This document shows positions 1 through 13,000 of a stretch of 64,000 nt of DNA, piece after piece. The notes beneath the pieces were generated by a model that was not told the DNA's origin, did no database searches, and worked only from the letters and a program-made list of their open reading frames with translations. The stretch spans positions 14,367,432 through 14,431,431 of the forward strand of contig NC_092679.1 in NCBI RefSeq assembly GCF_964355755.1, given 5' to 3'. The number at the start of each line of letters is the position of its first letter. The stretch's first letter is position 1. Position numbers and translations under genes: made by a program. This stretch comes from Antedon mediterranea (lineage: Eukaryota > Animalia > Echinodermata).

Positions 1-417
1 TAATGTGCTTAGGTATTCGACATGTTTACCTATAATGTGCTTATGTATTCAACATGTTTACCAGTAATGTGCTTAGGTATTCGACATGTTTACCAATAAT
101 GTGCTTAGGTATTCGACATGTTTACCAATAATGTGCTTAGGTTTTTAACATGTTTACCAATAATGTGCTTAGGTATTCAACATGTTTACCAATAATGTGC
201 TTAGGTTTTCAACATGTTTACCAATAATGTGCTTAGGTATTCAACATGTTTACCAATAATGTGCTTAGGTTTTTAACATGTTTACCAATAATGTGCTTAG
301 GATTTTAACATGTTTACCAATAATGTGCTTAGGTTTTTAACATGTTTACCAATAATGTCCTTAGGTATTAAACATGTGTACCAACAATTTGCTTAGGTGT
401 TCAACATGTTTACCAAT
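1..417. repeat. 32-bp minisatellite (CCAATAATGTGCTTAGGTATTCAACATGTTTA)n, ~13 copies, runs off the window start
   Basis: Unit recurs every 32 bp (TAATGTGCTT at 1, 33, 65...). Confidence 0.95.
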
Positions 418-657
418 TTATGGTTAAGCAGACTTGTTTCTTAATTTTATTATTTTCTTCGGCTCATCATAAATTTTTTCTATCAATCAATTCAGTAAAA
501 CCAGGAATCACCTCTGAGAGGTTATGCTGCAAAGATAACTTATAAACATTATTTAATACTTATGTATAATTGTTTATTTAATAATTTTTTTTAGCTATAT
601 TCCGTACATAATTATTCCATCCTTAAGCGTTGTACATTTTTAATGTTTAACTAATAA

Positions 658-790
658 CTCAATAGTTCACTATGTCTGTCGGTCTGTCTGTCGGTCCGGT
701 ATCACTATGCGTTTTATCGCTTTTCTGTACTTTTTGAACTGTTTTGATGTACTTTTTGAAAGTTCATTTTTTTCTGAGAGCACGCGACTT
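658..790 (+). mobile_element. Helentron-associated (HINE/DINE-1-like) non-autonomous element fragment
   Basis: ATAGTTCACTATGTC-(GTCG/GTCT)n-CCGGTATCACTATGCGTTTTATCGCTTT, shared with the copy at 41134-41530. Confidence 0.55.
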
Positions 791-1008
791 ATGGCTGTTG
801 GCCTTGTTTCTACTAATTCTACAAATTTCATACTGTACTGTTTTGGTTTGTATGACAATAAAAGATCTGTATCTGTACAATGGAAATAAGTTTGACAATT
901 GGTTACTTTTTGTGCTACCCTGAATCCATTGAAATCGAATAAAGAAATGAAATGAAAAATAAGCCTTAACGTTCCTTTTAAAAACCATATTAATTTTGTC
1001 TTTTTCAG

Positions 1009-4000
1009 GCATTGTCTTATCTAAACGAGGCGCAAGAATTGATCAAGACACTTGACACGGGAGTGAAACCCCTGAGTGATGACGTCAACGAGAACATCAC
1101 GGTAGATAGGTATGCACGTGCGCACGTGGAAAGCACAACGGGACAGGTAAATTTAATGTAAACTAAACTATTATCACCTTATAAAAATAACGAACGTTTT
1201 TTAGTAGGCCTACAATGGTATAAATATTTTCATTAGGTGAAAGATGAAAATGTTATATTTGAGGTGAAGCCGATAGGAAATACAACAAATTCTTGTACTG
1301 AATGAAATTATTTGTGCTATTGTACAATTATGAAACATTCAATATTTTATAATTTAAAACTCCAATCAAATGAAAGTATACATTATACTTGGATACTATG
1401 ATTAACGACCCGAATCTTTACGATTTCTAATAGGTATTATAAGTATTTTAATTTATAGGGCTTTTATCTAATTTTTATTTCATTTCGGTTTAAATGTTAT
1501 TGACTGTAGCAGTTTTATATGTTTTATTTTGTTTGGTTTGTTGTTTCACTTTATTATACCGAAAAAAGGTCATCATGACGTACTAGCTAACTTTTAATTC
1601 AGGCTATTTCATTTTTTAACCCTTAAGCTTTGTTCCCACTAGAACGTAACGCAAGGACGTAAACGCAACACAAGCGTTTTAACCAATGACAAGCGAAGTT
1701 ATAGACAGTTAGCAATCACAAGCGAATAAGCCATCGCTTGTGATTGGTAAAATTCACTTGCGTTGCGTTACGTCCTTGTGTTGCGTCGCTAGTGGGAACC
1801 ACTCTTTAAGCTTTGTTCCCACTAGGACGTAACGCAAAGACGTAAAGGCATCCTGTAATTGGCGATTTTTTGCTGTTGGATTTGGTTGAAATAAAACAAA
1901 TAAATAAATAAAAGATAAATAAACGCAACGTAAGCGAGTATCGCCATATCGCTTGTGATTGGTCAACTCACTTTTACGTCCTTGCGTTACGTCTCTAGTG
2001 GGAACCAAAGCATTAACAAATTAAATGGACAGTGGTAATTATACGCAAAGATATTCCTTTTCTGTAGGCAATATTTCAGATGAGGCGTTACAATGATTCT
2101 AAGCCACATTTTCTGACGGCACTTCGCATTCTTGGCAATCACCAACATCATGCCAAAATTCTGACATGGTTTAAGGTTGTGCGGGAAGGGATCAAGCAGT
2201 TTGCACACAAGAAATGCCCAAATTGTTTCATTGGCAAAGCTTCGTAAGTTATATTTCGTATGTAGTTTATTGCCTGTGGTCATAATCAGGCCAATACGGT
2301 TAGCGGAAAACATTAAACGGAAATCAAAATATAGAATCTATTAAATTTCTTATGACCATTCACACATAAACGCGGAGCGGGCGGGCGGTTAGGCGGATAC
2401 CCGCAACAACCCGCTCAAGATAGATACAGATTCTGGGACAAGCACGCGGTTCTCCGCTTATCTGTACCGCTTGTCTGGGGCCAATTTACACAGACGAGCA
2501 GTAACGGTAAAAAATATAAAATCTAGGCTACTTCTTACACAAACGTGAAGGACCGGACAGGCGGTTTCCGCTTAGGATAGATAGGCTACAAATTCTATGT
2601 GAAACAAGATACGCGCTTTTCCAATTACCGTTGGTCTGTCTAAATGGGCCTTAAGATATAATAATTTTCCTTATGATTTAAAATCCATCTGTTAATGGTG
2701 TTTGATTGCGTTGCTATTGACATTTTCAGAAGTGAAATGAGCAACATCTATGTAGAACAAGCCAGATGTTTGTCCTACCTGTGGCAGATTTACTCAAAGG
2801 GGAACGACAAATTGCGAGCTTTGTCGTCTGCCTTGCAGCAACTTAACCGCGCAGAATCATCAGATGACGACTTACACGAGGTACCGTAAACTATTTTGTT
2901 GTTTAGTTGCAGCTCTCTCTGCGTTATCAAACAAAAACAATGTGATGTGGCCAAATATGCTAGTGATATGACGTCATCGTGTCCATATATGGGCACATCA
3001 CAATTTTATGTTCCAAGTTTGACAGTGTACAGTTTTAGCTCAGTCAATTATCAAGTATTATTCCCTTACCCGCCACCCAGCAAAAAAAAAAACATAAAAT
3101 AAATATTAAATATAGATGAAATAAGACATTTTGAATTAAAGCAAAAAAGTTTTTTACTTACATCACTTATTATTTACAAATTTATCTATAATTATTTAGC
3201 AATTTGGAATTATTACAGTAGGCCTGTTCGCGATCATAATAATGAAAAGTTTTTAGATACATACTGTGAATCGATTGGTGGCGCTGTTGTAATGCATTCA
3301 TTGTACTTCCCTGATGCAATACCGATGCAATTTTAAGATTTTCATATTATTAATATAATTAAAAATTAAAGAAAGGTATAACATGACAGGACGAGGTGGC
3401 CGAGTGGTTGTGGCGATGGATTGCTATTCCATTGTGCTTTGCACGCGTGGGTTCGAATCCCATCCTCGTCGATATTTTTAAATAATTAACCGGCCTACAC
3501 ATTTTAGGCCTTACAAGATTTTAGGTATAACCTTTGCTATAGGGATATATGTCTTTTTTCAAATCTTCAAATATATTATATTTTGTAACAGGGGGTTTCT
3601 AAATTTATAAACTGCTGCTTCTTTCCATCCCCTTTTCTCTTTGTATTAGGTATGGTATTATGCTTATTTATATATGTTCTTTGAGAATGGAAATAATAGA
3701 ATAAATTGAACTGAATACAAAAGACAAAATAGATGTAGGAACGTAGACGTGTTTACCTTATGTAATCAAATTAATGCTTATTGTTCAGGAGTCGTTTATT
3801 CAAGGTGGGGTGGTTGATAGTAACATTATGCAGAACAAGGCCATATACATGGCTGCAGTTGCATGCGCAAATTTGAGTTAGTGTTTACCGACCGACCAAC
3901 CGACATAGTGAGCTGTAGAGTCGCGTTTCGACGCGACTAACAATACAGTAGGTACTATGTATATAATGTATGTAAATATAGTATGTGTAGGTCTATGTGG

Positions 4001-7000
4001 CGAAGCAATTTATTCCAAACGATTTTCCGTGGGAGTGTGATTTAAAGTGGGGAATTTATTCGAATGATTACGATACGTTAACTCGTAACTTCTAAATGAA
4101 TTTAATTGGACGCGATAGTAGTGTGACGTCACATGGTCTCATGACGTAAAGTAGCTTTTTCCTGACTGTGATGCAATGGCAGTGCAATTCTGTATTATTT
4201 TTAAATTTTAGTCAAAAGAAAAATGAAATATGACAGGACGAGGTGGCCGAGTGGTTATGGCGATGGATTGCTATTCCATTGTGCTCTGCACGCGTGGGTT
4301 CGAATCCCATCCTCGTCGAACTTCTTTTTTTTAAATTCAACTCATTGTATGCATTTAAAACCTGTTTATGTAAGTAATGTATGTATATGGAATCTATCCA
4401 CTTAAAATAAAAAAGAGGAAAAGATTATTTTAATTCGTTATGTCCGGTATCAATTTTATTCGATTCTGATCAATTCAATCCCTTAGCTTTTGAAATATTG
4501 TTCGACGCATGAAACTTTAAACGTTGGATAGGACGGCTTAATTTCTTTAAAAACGAAAAGTATTACTTTGTTTGGTTTTGGCCTGTACACTGGCGATCCC
4601 CAATGTGGTTCAGGGGCCTCAATAACGAATTTGTTTGTTTTTTTCTGAAAATACAAATGAGAAGGCAAATATTATCGTTCTAGTAAAATGTGAGCTAAGC
4701 AAATGAATTAGAAAGACATTAATTATGCAAATATAAAAAGTAAATAAGCAAATCTGTTTAAAAAACCCATTATGAAGGTTTAATGGAAAAAATTCCATTT
4801 GGGTTACAATCCAATCCTCGTCCCTATAACCCATTTCACCTAAATGTCGATAATAATTGCTTTGATTGTTTAATTGACTTATTATTATTTTGTTTCATAG
4901 TTGATTACTGCATATCGGAGCATAATGGAGTGTTGCCAATCATATCAATGGCCTAGACTCGGTGCTACGTACGAAAGAATGGCTATAAAAAGGTAATTAA
5001 CTAAGTATGATGATACGTTGCTATGCCTATTCACATTATTTGCAGTGTTCGCGAAATAATCAGCCGAATCGGTCGAGTGGGCTAAAAAAACAAACCATGT
5101 CTAGCATTTGAAGTTGAGGTGGTGGGAGGTGGGGGGGGGGGGGGGGGGCGAGAAGTAGTTTAAGACGGAAAGTGCGGTTTATCAGGCATCAGAAAATAAA
5201 ATTAACATATTTTACGAACATCTATTTTTTCTAATATAAATTGCTACCGCTATTTATATGGCGGAAACCAAACACAAATGAACCGTTATGGGAGACGGAA
5301 GTTGTTATATGGGGTAACATCTACCAAGGCAATCTAACAACAGGGTGGTGAGCTCCGAAGATCAAAGGGTTTTAATGCGACACGATCAGTTCAGGCACCG
5401 CGCGCCGCGAAGAATATGGACATTATAGTATTTGTCGGGAGTCCGAGAGTTCCTTCTTGAGAAGGCGAGCTCAGTGTCCTGTTGTTAGATTGCCTTGCAT
5501 CTACTCAACTGCGCTTCTGTACTACTACATCAATGAGCCTGTTTAGAAAGCGCATATAGCGCAAAAGGACGTACCGTAATTTTTGTCAGCTGCATTATCA
5601 TTACTCGCTCGGGAAGAATATTCCTGAACTTGGTTGACAGTGGAAAAAGACTTTAGAGACACATTTACAAAACACTAAATCTCTCCATTGCCGTTTGATA
5701 TTTAGGTGCGTTGAAAGTCCGAGCAATTTTGGTCCAGATGACGTCGTCACAGTTGGCTACCTTTACTGCACAAGCTCAGTGGTGCGGCTTGGAAACGCTA
5801 GAATACAAGGTTCTATAGATGCAGGTATATATTCAGTCTTTATAGTGTTCAACTGTACAACAAAATGTATTACGGTTGGTGAGTACCCTGCCAAAATACG
5901 CAAATTGAGGGCGCTAGGCTTTGCCAAAATACACAAATCATGCCAAAATACGCAAATTAGCCTTGCCAAAATACGCAAATTATGCCAAAATACGCAAATC
6001 AGCCTTGCCAAAATACGCAAATTATGCCAAAATACACAAATTGAGGGCGCGATGCTTTGCCAAAATACGTAAATCATTCCAAAATACGCAAATTTGTATA
6101 TTTTGGCATTATTTGCGTATTTTGGCAAAGCAGATTTGCGTATTTGGCATGATTTGTGTATTTTGGCAAAGCAGATTTGCCTATTTTAGCAAAGCATAGC
6201 GCCCTCAATTTGTGTATTTTGGCAAATTTTTTGCGTATTTTGGCATGATGCTCACCAACCCCACTCATAAAATGTGATTCAATAAGAAAAAAAAAACAAA
6301 GAGTGGTCATTATTGTAATGCACCCGTGTAAGCGCAGATGTTCAAAACAGAACGATATGTTTTGTACGAAATGCAGTAAATGTAGAGACGAAGTGGCTGA
6401 GTTGATGGACTACTCTGTACAAGTGGTTTCGAATACCATCCTCGTCGCCATTTTTTTTTATGAACTGCTCTGAATATGAACACGAATACACCCAGGTACA
6501 TTTCGTATAATTGTTGGAATGGTACTGTGCTGATGTGATAAATGTATAGACGAGGTGGCCGAGTGGTTAAGGCGATGGACTGCTAATCCATTGTGCTCTG
6601 CACGCGTGGGTTCGAATCCCATCCTCGTCGCCATTGTTTATTTTTATGAACTACTCGTTAGTGAATATGTGACCTATTCGAATAAAAATACATATTGTTC
6701 TTATAATAATCCCAGGTACATTTCGTATAAATGTTGGAATGGTACTGTGCGAATGCAATAAATGTATAGACGAGGTGTCCGAGTGGTTAAGGCGATGGAC
6801 TGTTAATCCATTTTGCTCTGCACGCGTGGGTTTGAATCCCATTCTCGTCGCCATTGTTTCTTTTTATGAACTACTCGTTAGTGAATATGTGACCTATTCG
6901 AATAAAAATACATATTGTTCTTATAATAATCCCAGGTACATTTCATATAAATGTTGGAATGGTGCTGTGCGAATGCACTAAGTGTATTGTCGAAATGGCC

Positions 7001-10000
7001 GAGTGGTTAAGGCGATGGACTGCTAATACATTGTGCTCTGCACGCGTGGGTTCGAATCCCATTCTCGTCGCCATTGTTTCTTTTTATGAACTACTCGTTA
7101 ATGAATATTTGACTTATTTGAATAAGAATACACATTCTTCTTTTAATACTCCCAGGTACATTTCGTATAAATGTTGGAATGGTGCTGTGCGAACGCAATA
7201 AATGTATAGACGAGGTGGCCGAGTGGTTAAGGCGAAGGACTGCTAATCCATTGTGCTCTGCACGCGTGGGTTCGAATCCCATCCTCGTCGCCACTGTTTC
7301 TTTTTATGAACTACTCGTTAGTGAATGTGACCTATTCGAATAAAAATACATATTGTTCTTATAATAATCCCAGGTACATTTCGTATAAATGTTGGAATGG
7401 CACTGTGCGAATGCAATAAATTTATAGACGAGGTGTCCGAGTGGTTAAGGCGATGGACTGCTAATCCATTTTGCTCTGCACGCGTGGGTTCGAATCCCAT
7501 TCTCGTCGCCATTGTTTCTTTTTATGAACTACTCGTTAATGAATATTTGACTTATTCGAATAAGAATACACATTCTTCTTTTAATAATCCCAGGTACATT
7601 TCGTATAAATGTTGGAATGGTACTGTGCGAATGCAATTAATGTATAGACGAGGTGGCCGAGTGGTTAAGGCGATGGACTGCTAATCCATTGTGCTCTGCA
7701 CGCGTGGGTTCGAATCCCATCCTCGTCGCCACTGTTTCTTTTTATGAACTACTCGTTAGTGAATGTGACCTATTCGAATAAAAATACATATTGTTCTTAT
7801 AATAAGCCCAGGTACATTTCATATAAAATGTTGGAATGGCACTGTGCGAATGCAATAAATGTATAGACGAGGTGTCCGAGTGGTTAAGGCGATGGACTGC
7901 TAATCCATTGTGCTCTGCACGCGTGGGTTCGAATCCCATTCTCGTCGCCATTGTTTCTTTTTATGAACTACTCGTTAATAAATATTTGACTTATTCGAAT
8001 AAGAATACACATTCTTCTTTTAATAATCCCAGGTACATTTCGTATAAATGTTGGAATGGTACTGTGCGAATGCAATTAATGTATAGACGAGGTGGCCGAG
8101 TGGTTAAGGCGATGGACTGCTAATCCATTGTGCTCTGCACGCGTGGGTTCGAATCCCATCCTCGTCGCCACTGTTTCTTTTTATGAACTACTCGTTAGTG
8201 AATGTGACCTATTCGAATAAAAATACATATTGTTCTTATAATAAGCCCAGGTACATTTCATATAAAATGTTGGAATGGCACTGTGCGAATGCAATAAATG
8301 TATAGACGAGGTGTCCGAGTGGTTAAGGCGATGGACTGCTAATCCATTGTGCTCTGCACGCGTGGGTTCGAATCCCATTCTCGTCGCCATTGTTTCTTTT
8401 TATGAACTACTCGTTAATAAATATTTGACTTATTCGAATAAGAATACACATTCTTCTTTTAATAATCCCAGGTACATTTCGTATAAATGTTGGAATGGTA
8501 CTGTGCGAATGCAATTAATGTATAGACGAGGTGGCCGAGTGGTTAAGGCGATGGACTGCTAATCCATTGTGCTCTGCACGCGTGGGTTCGAATCCCATCC
8601 TCGTCGCCATTGTTTATTTTTATGAACTACTCGTTAGTGAATATGTGACCTATTCGAATAAAAATACATATTGTTCTTATAATAATCCCAGGTACATTTC
8701 ATATAAATGTTGGAATGGTGCTGTGCGAATCCAATAAGTGTATAGACGTGGTGGCCGAGTGGTTAAGGCGATGAACTGCTAATCCATTGTGCTCTGCACG
8801 CGTGGGTTCGAATCCTATTCTCCTCGCCATTCTTTATTTTTATGAACTACTCGTTAGTGAATATGTGACCTATTCGAATAAAAATACATATTGTTCTTAT
8901 AATAATCCCAGGTACATTTCATATAAATGTTGGAATGGTGCTGTGCGAATGCAATAAGTGTATAGACGAGGTGGCCGAGTGGTTAAGGCGATGGACTGCT
9001 AATCCATTGTGCTCTGCACGCGTGGGTTCGAATCCCATCCTCGTCGCCATTGTTTATTTTTATGAACTACTCGTTAGTGAATATGTGACCTATTCGAATA
9101 AAAATACATATTGTTCTTATAATAATCCCAGGTACATTTCATATAAATGCTGGAATGGTGCTGTGCGAATGCAATAAGTGTATAGACGAGGTGGTCGAGT
9201 GGTTAAGGCGATGTACTGCTAATCCATTGTGCTCTGCACGCGTGGGTTCGAATCCCATTCTCGTCGCCATTGTTTCTTTTTATGAACTACTCGTTAATGA
9301 ATATTTGAATTATTCGAATAAGAATACACATTCTTCTTTTAATAATCCCAGGTACATTTCGTATAAATGTTGGAATGGTACTGTGCGAATGCTATTAATG
9401 TATAGACGAGGTGGTCGAGTGGTTAAGGCGATGGACTGCTAATCCATTGTGCTCTGCACGCGTGGGTTCGAATCCCATTCTCGTCGCCATTGTTTATTTT
9501 TATGAACTACTCGTTAGTGAATATGTGACTTATTCGAATAAAAATACACATTCTTCTTATAATAATAATCCCAGGTACATTTCGTATAAATGTTGGAATG
9601 GCACTGTGCGAATGCAATAAATGTATAGACGAGGTGTCCGAGTGGTTAAGGCGATGGACTGCTAATCCATTGTGCTCTGCACGCGTGGGTTCGAATCCCA
9701 TTCTCGTCGCCATTGATTCTTTTTATGAACTACTCGTTAATGAATATGTGACTTATTCGAATAAGAATACACATTCTTCTTATAATAAAAATCCCAGGTA
9801 CATTTCGTATAAATGTTGGAATGGCACTGTGCCGAATGCAATAAATGTATAGACGAGGTGGCCGAGTGGTTAAGGCGATGGACTGCTAATCCATTGTGCT
9901 CTGCACGCGTGGGTTCGAATCCCATCCTCGTCGCCACTGTTTCTTTTTATGAACTACTCGTTAGTGAATGTGACCTATTCGAATAAAAATTCATATTGTT

Positions 10001-13000
10001 CTTATAATAATCCCAGGTACATTTCATATAAATGTTGGAATGGTGCTGTGCGAATGCAATAAGTGTATAGACGAGTGGTTAAGGCGATGGACTGCTAATC
10101 CATTGTGCTCTGCACGCGTGGGTTCGAATCCCATTCGCGTCGCCATTGTTTCTTTTTATGAACTACTCGTTAATGAATATTTGACTTATTCGAATAAGAA
10201 TACACATTCTTCTTTTAATAATCCCAGGTACATTTCGTATAAATGTTGGAATGGTACTGTGCGAATGCAATAAATGTATAGACGAGGTGGCCGAGTGGTT
10301 AAGGCGATGGACTGCTAATCCATTGTGCTCTGCACGCGTGGGTTCGAATCCCATCCTCGTCGCCATTGTTTATTTTTATGAACTACTCGTTAGTGTATGT
10401 GACCTATTCGAATAAAAATACATATTGTTCTTATAATAATCCCAGGTACATTTCATATAAATGCTGGAATGGTACTGTGCGAATACAATTAATGTATAGA
10501 CGAGGTGGCCGAGTGGTTAAGGCGATGGACTGCTAATCCATTGTGCTCTGCACGCGTGGGTTCGAATCCCATCCTCGTCGCCATTGTTTATTTTTATGAA
10601 CTACTCGTTAGTGAATATGTGACCTATTCGAATAAAAATACATATTGTTCTTATAATAATCCCAGGTACATTTTATATAAATGTTGGAATGGTGCTGTGC
10701 GAATGCAATAAGTGTATAGACGAGGTGGCCGAGTGGTTAAGGCGATGGACTGCTAATCCATTGTGCTCTGCACGTGTGGGTTCGAATCCTATTCTCCTCG
10801 CCATTGTTTATTTTTATGAACTACTCGTTAGTGAATATGTGACCTATTCGAATAAAAATACATATTGTTCTTATAATAATCCCAGGTACATTTCATATAA
10901 ATGTTGGAATGGTGCTGTGCGAATGCAATAAGTGTATAGACGAGGTGGCCGAGTGGTTAAGGCGATGGACTGCTAATCCATTGTGCTCTGCACGCGTGGG
11001 TTCGAATCCCATCCTCGTCGCCATTGTTTCTTTTTATGAACTACTCGTTAATGAATATGTGACTTATTCGAATAAGAATACACATTCTTCTTATAATAAA
11101 AATCCCAGGTACATTTCGTATAAATGTTGGAATGGCACTGTGCGAATGCAATAAATGTATAGACGAGGTGGCCGAGTGGTTAAGGCGATGGACTGCTAAT
11201 CCATTGTGCTCTGCACGCGTGGGTTCGAATCCCATCCTCGTCGCCACTGTTTCTTTTTATGAACTACTCGTTAGTGAATGTGACCTATTCGAATAAAAAT
11301 TCATATTGTTCTTATAATAATCCCAGGTACATTTCATATAAATGTTGGAATGGTGCTGTGCGAATGCAATAAGTGTATAGACGAGTGGTTAAGGCGATGG
11401 ACTGCTAATCCATTGTGCTCTGCACGCGTGGGTTCGAATCCCATTCGCGTCGCCATTGTTTCTTTTTATGAACTACTCGTTAATGAATATTTGACTTATT
11501 CGAATAAGAATACACATTCTTCTTTTAATAATCCCAGGTACATTTCGTATAAATGTTGGAATGGTACTGTGCGAATGCAATAAATGTATAGACGAGGTGG
11601 CCGAGTGGTTAAGGCGATGGACTGCTAATCCATTGTGCTCTGCACGCGTGGGTTCGAATCCCATCCTCGTCGCCATTGTTTATTTTTATGAACTACTCGT
11701 TAGTGTATGTGACCTATTCGAATAAAAATACATATTGTTCTTATAATAATCCCAGGTACATTTCATATAAATGCTGGAATGGTACTGTGCGAATACAATT
11801 AATGTATAGACGAGGTGGCCGAGTGGTTAAGGCGATGGACTGCTAATCCATTGTGCTCTGCACGCGTGGGTTCGAATCCCATCCTCGTCGCCATTGTTTA
11901 TTTTTATGAACTACTCGTTAGTGAATATGTGACCTATTCGAATAAAAATACATATTGTTCTTATAATAATCCCAGGTACATTTTATATAAATGTTGGAAT
12001 GGTGCTGTGCGAATGCAATAAGTGTATAGACGAGGTGGCCGAGTGGTTAAGGCGATGGACTGCTAATCCATTGTGCTCTGCACGTGTGGGTTCGAATCCT
12101 ATTCTCCTCGCCATTGTTTATTTTTATGAACTACTCGTTAGTGAATATGTGACCTATTCGAATAAAAATACATATTGTTCTTATAATAATCCCAGGTACA
12201 TTTCATATAAATGTTGGAATGGTGCTGTGCGAATGCAATAAGTGTATAGACGAGGTGGCCGAGTGGTTAAGGCGATGGACTGCTAATCCATTGTGCTCTG
12301 CACGCGTGGGTTCGAATCCCATCCTCGTCGCCATTGTTTCTTTTTATGAACTACTCGTTAATGAATATGTGACTTATTCGAATAAGAATACACATTCTTC
12401 TTATAATAAAAATCCCAGGTACATTTCGTATAAATGTTGGAATGGCACTGTGCGAATGCAATAAATGTATAGACGAGGTGGCCGAGTGGTTAAGGCGATG
12501 GACTGCTAATCCATTGTGCTCTGCACGCGTGGGTTCGAATCCCATCCTCGTCGCCACTGTTTCTTTTTATGAACTACTCGTTAGTGAATGTGACCTATTC
12601 GAATAAAAATTCATATTGTTCTTATAATAATCCCAGGTACATTTCATATAAATGTTGGAATGGTGCTTTGCGAATGCAATAAGTGTATAGACGAGGTGGT
12701 TAAGGCAATGGACTGCTAATCCATTGTGCTCTGCACGCGTGGGTTCGAATCCCATTCGCGTCGCCATTGTTTCTTTTTATGAACTACTCGTTAATGAATA
12801 TTTGACTTATTCGAATAAGAATACACATTCTTCTTTTAATAATCCCAGGTACATTTCGTATAAATGTTGGATCGAATGGTACTGTGCGAATGCAATAAAT
12901 GTATAGACGAGGTGGCCGAGTGGTTAAGGCGATGGACTGCTAATCCATTGTGCTCTGCACGCGTGGGTTCGAATCCCATCCTCTTCGCCATTGTTTATTT

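Noticed and set aside
5116-5148. G-quadruplex-forming G run
   Set aside because: An isolated homopolymer with no supporting context, and its length is prone to sequencing error.
5695-6310. Repetitive proteins (AKIRKLCQNTQ..., ILARLICVFWH...)
   Set aside because: Read-through of exon 5706-5824 into the foldback repeat; ORFs in several frames are a repeat artefact.
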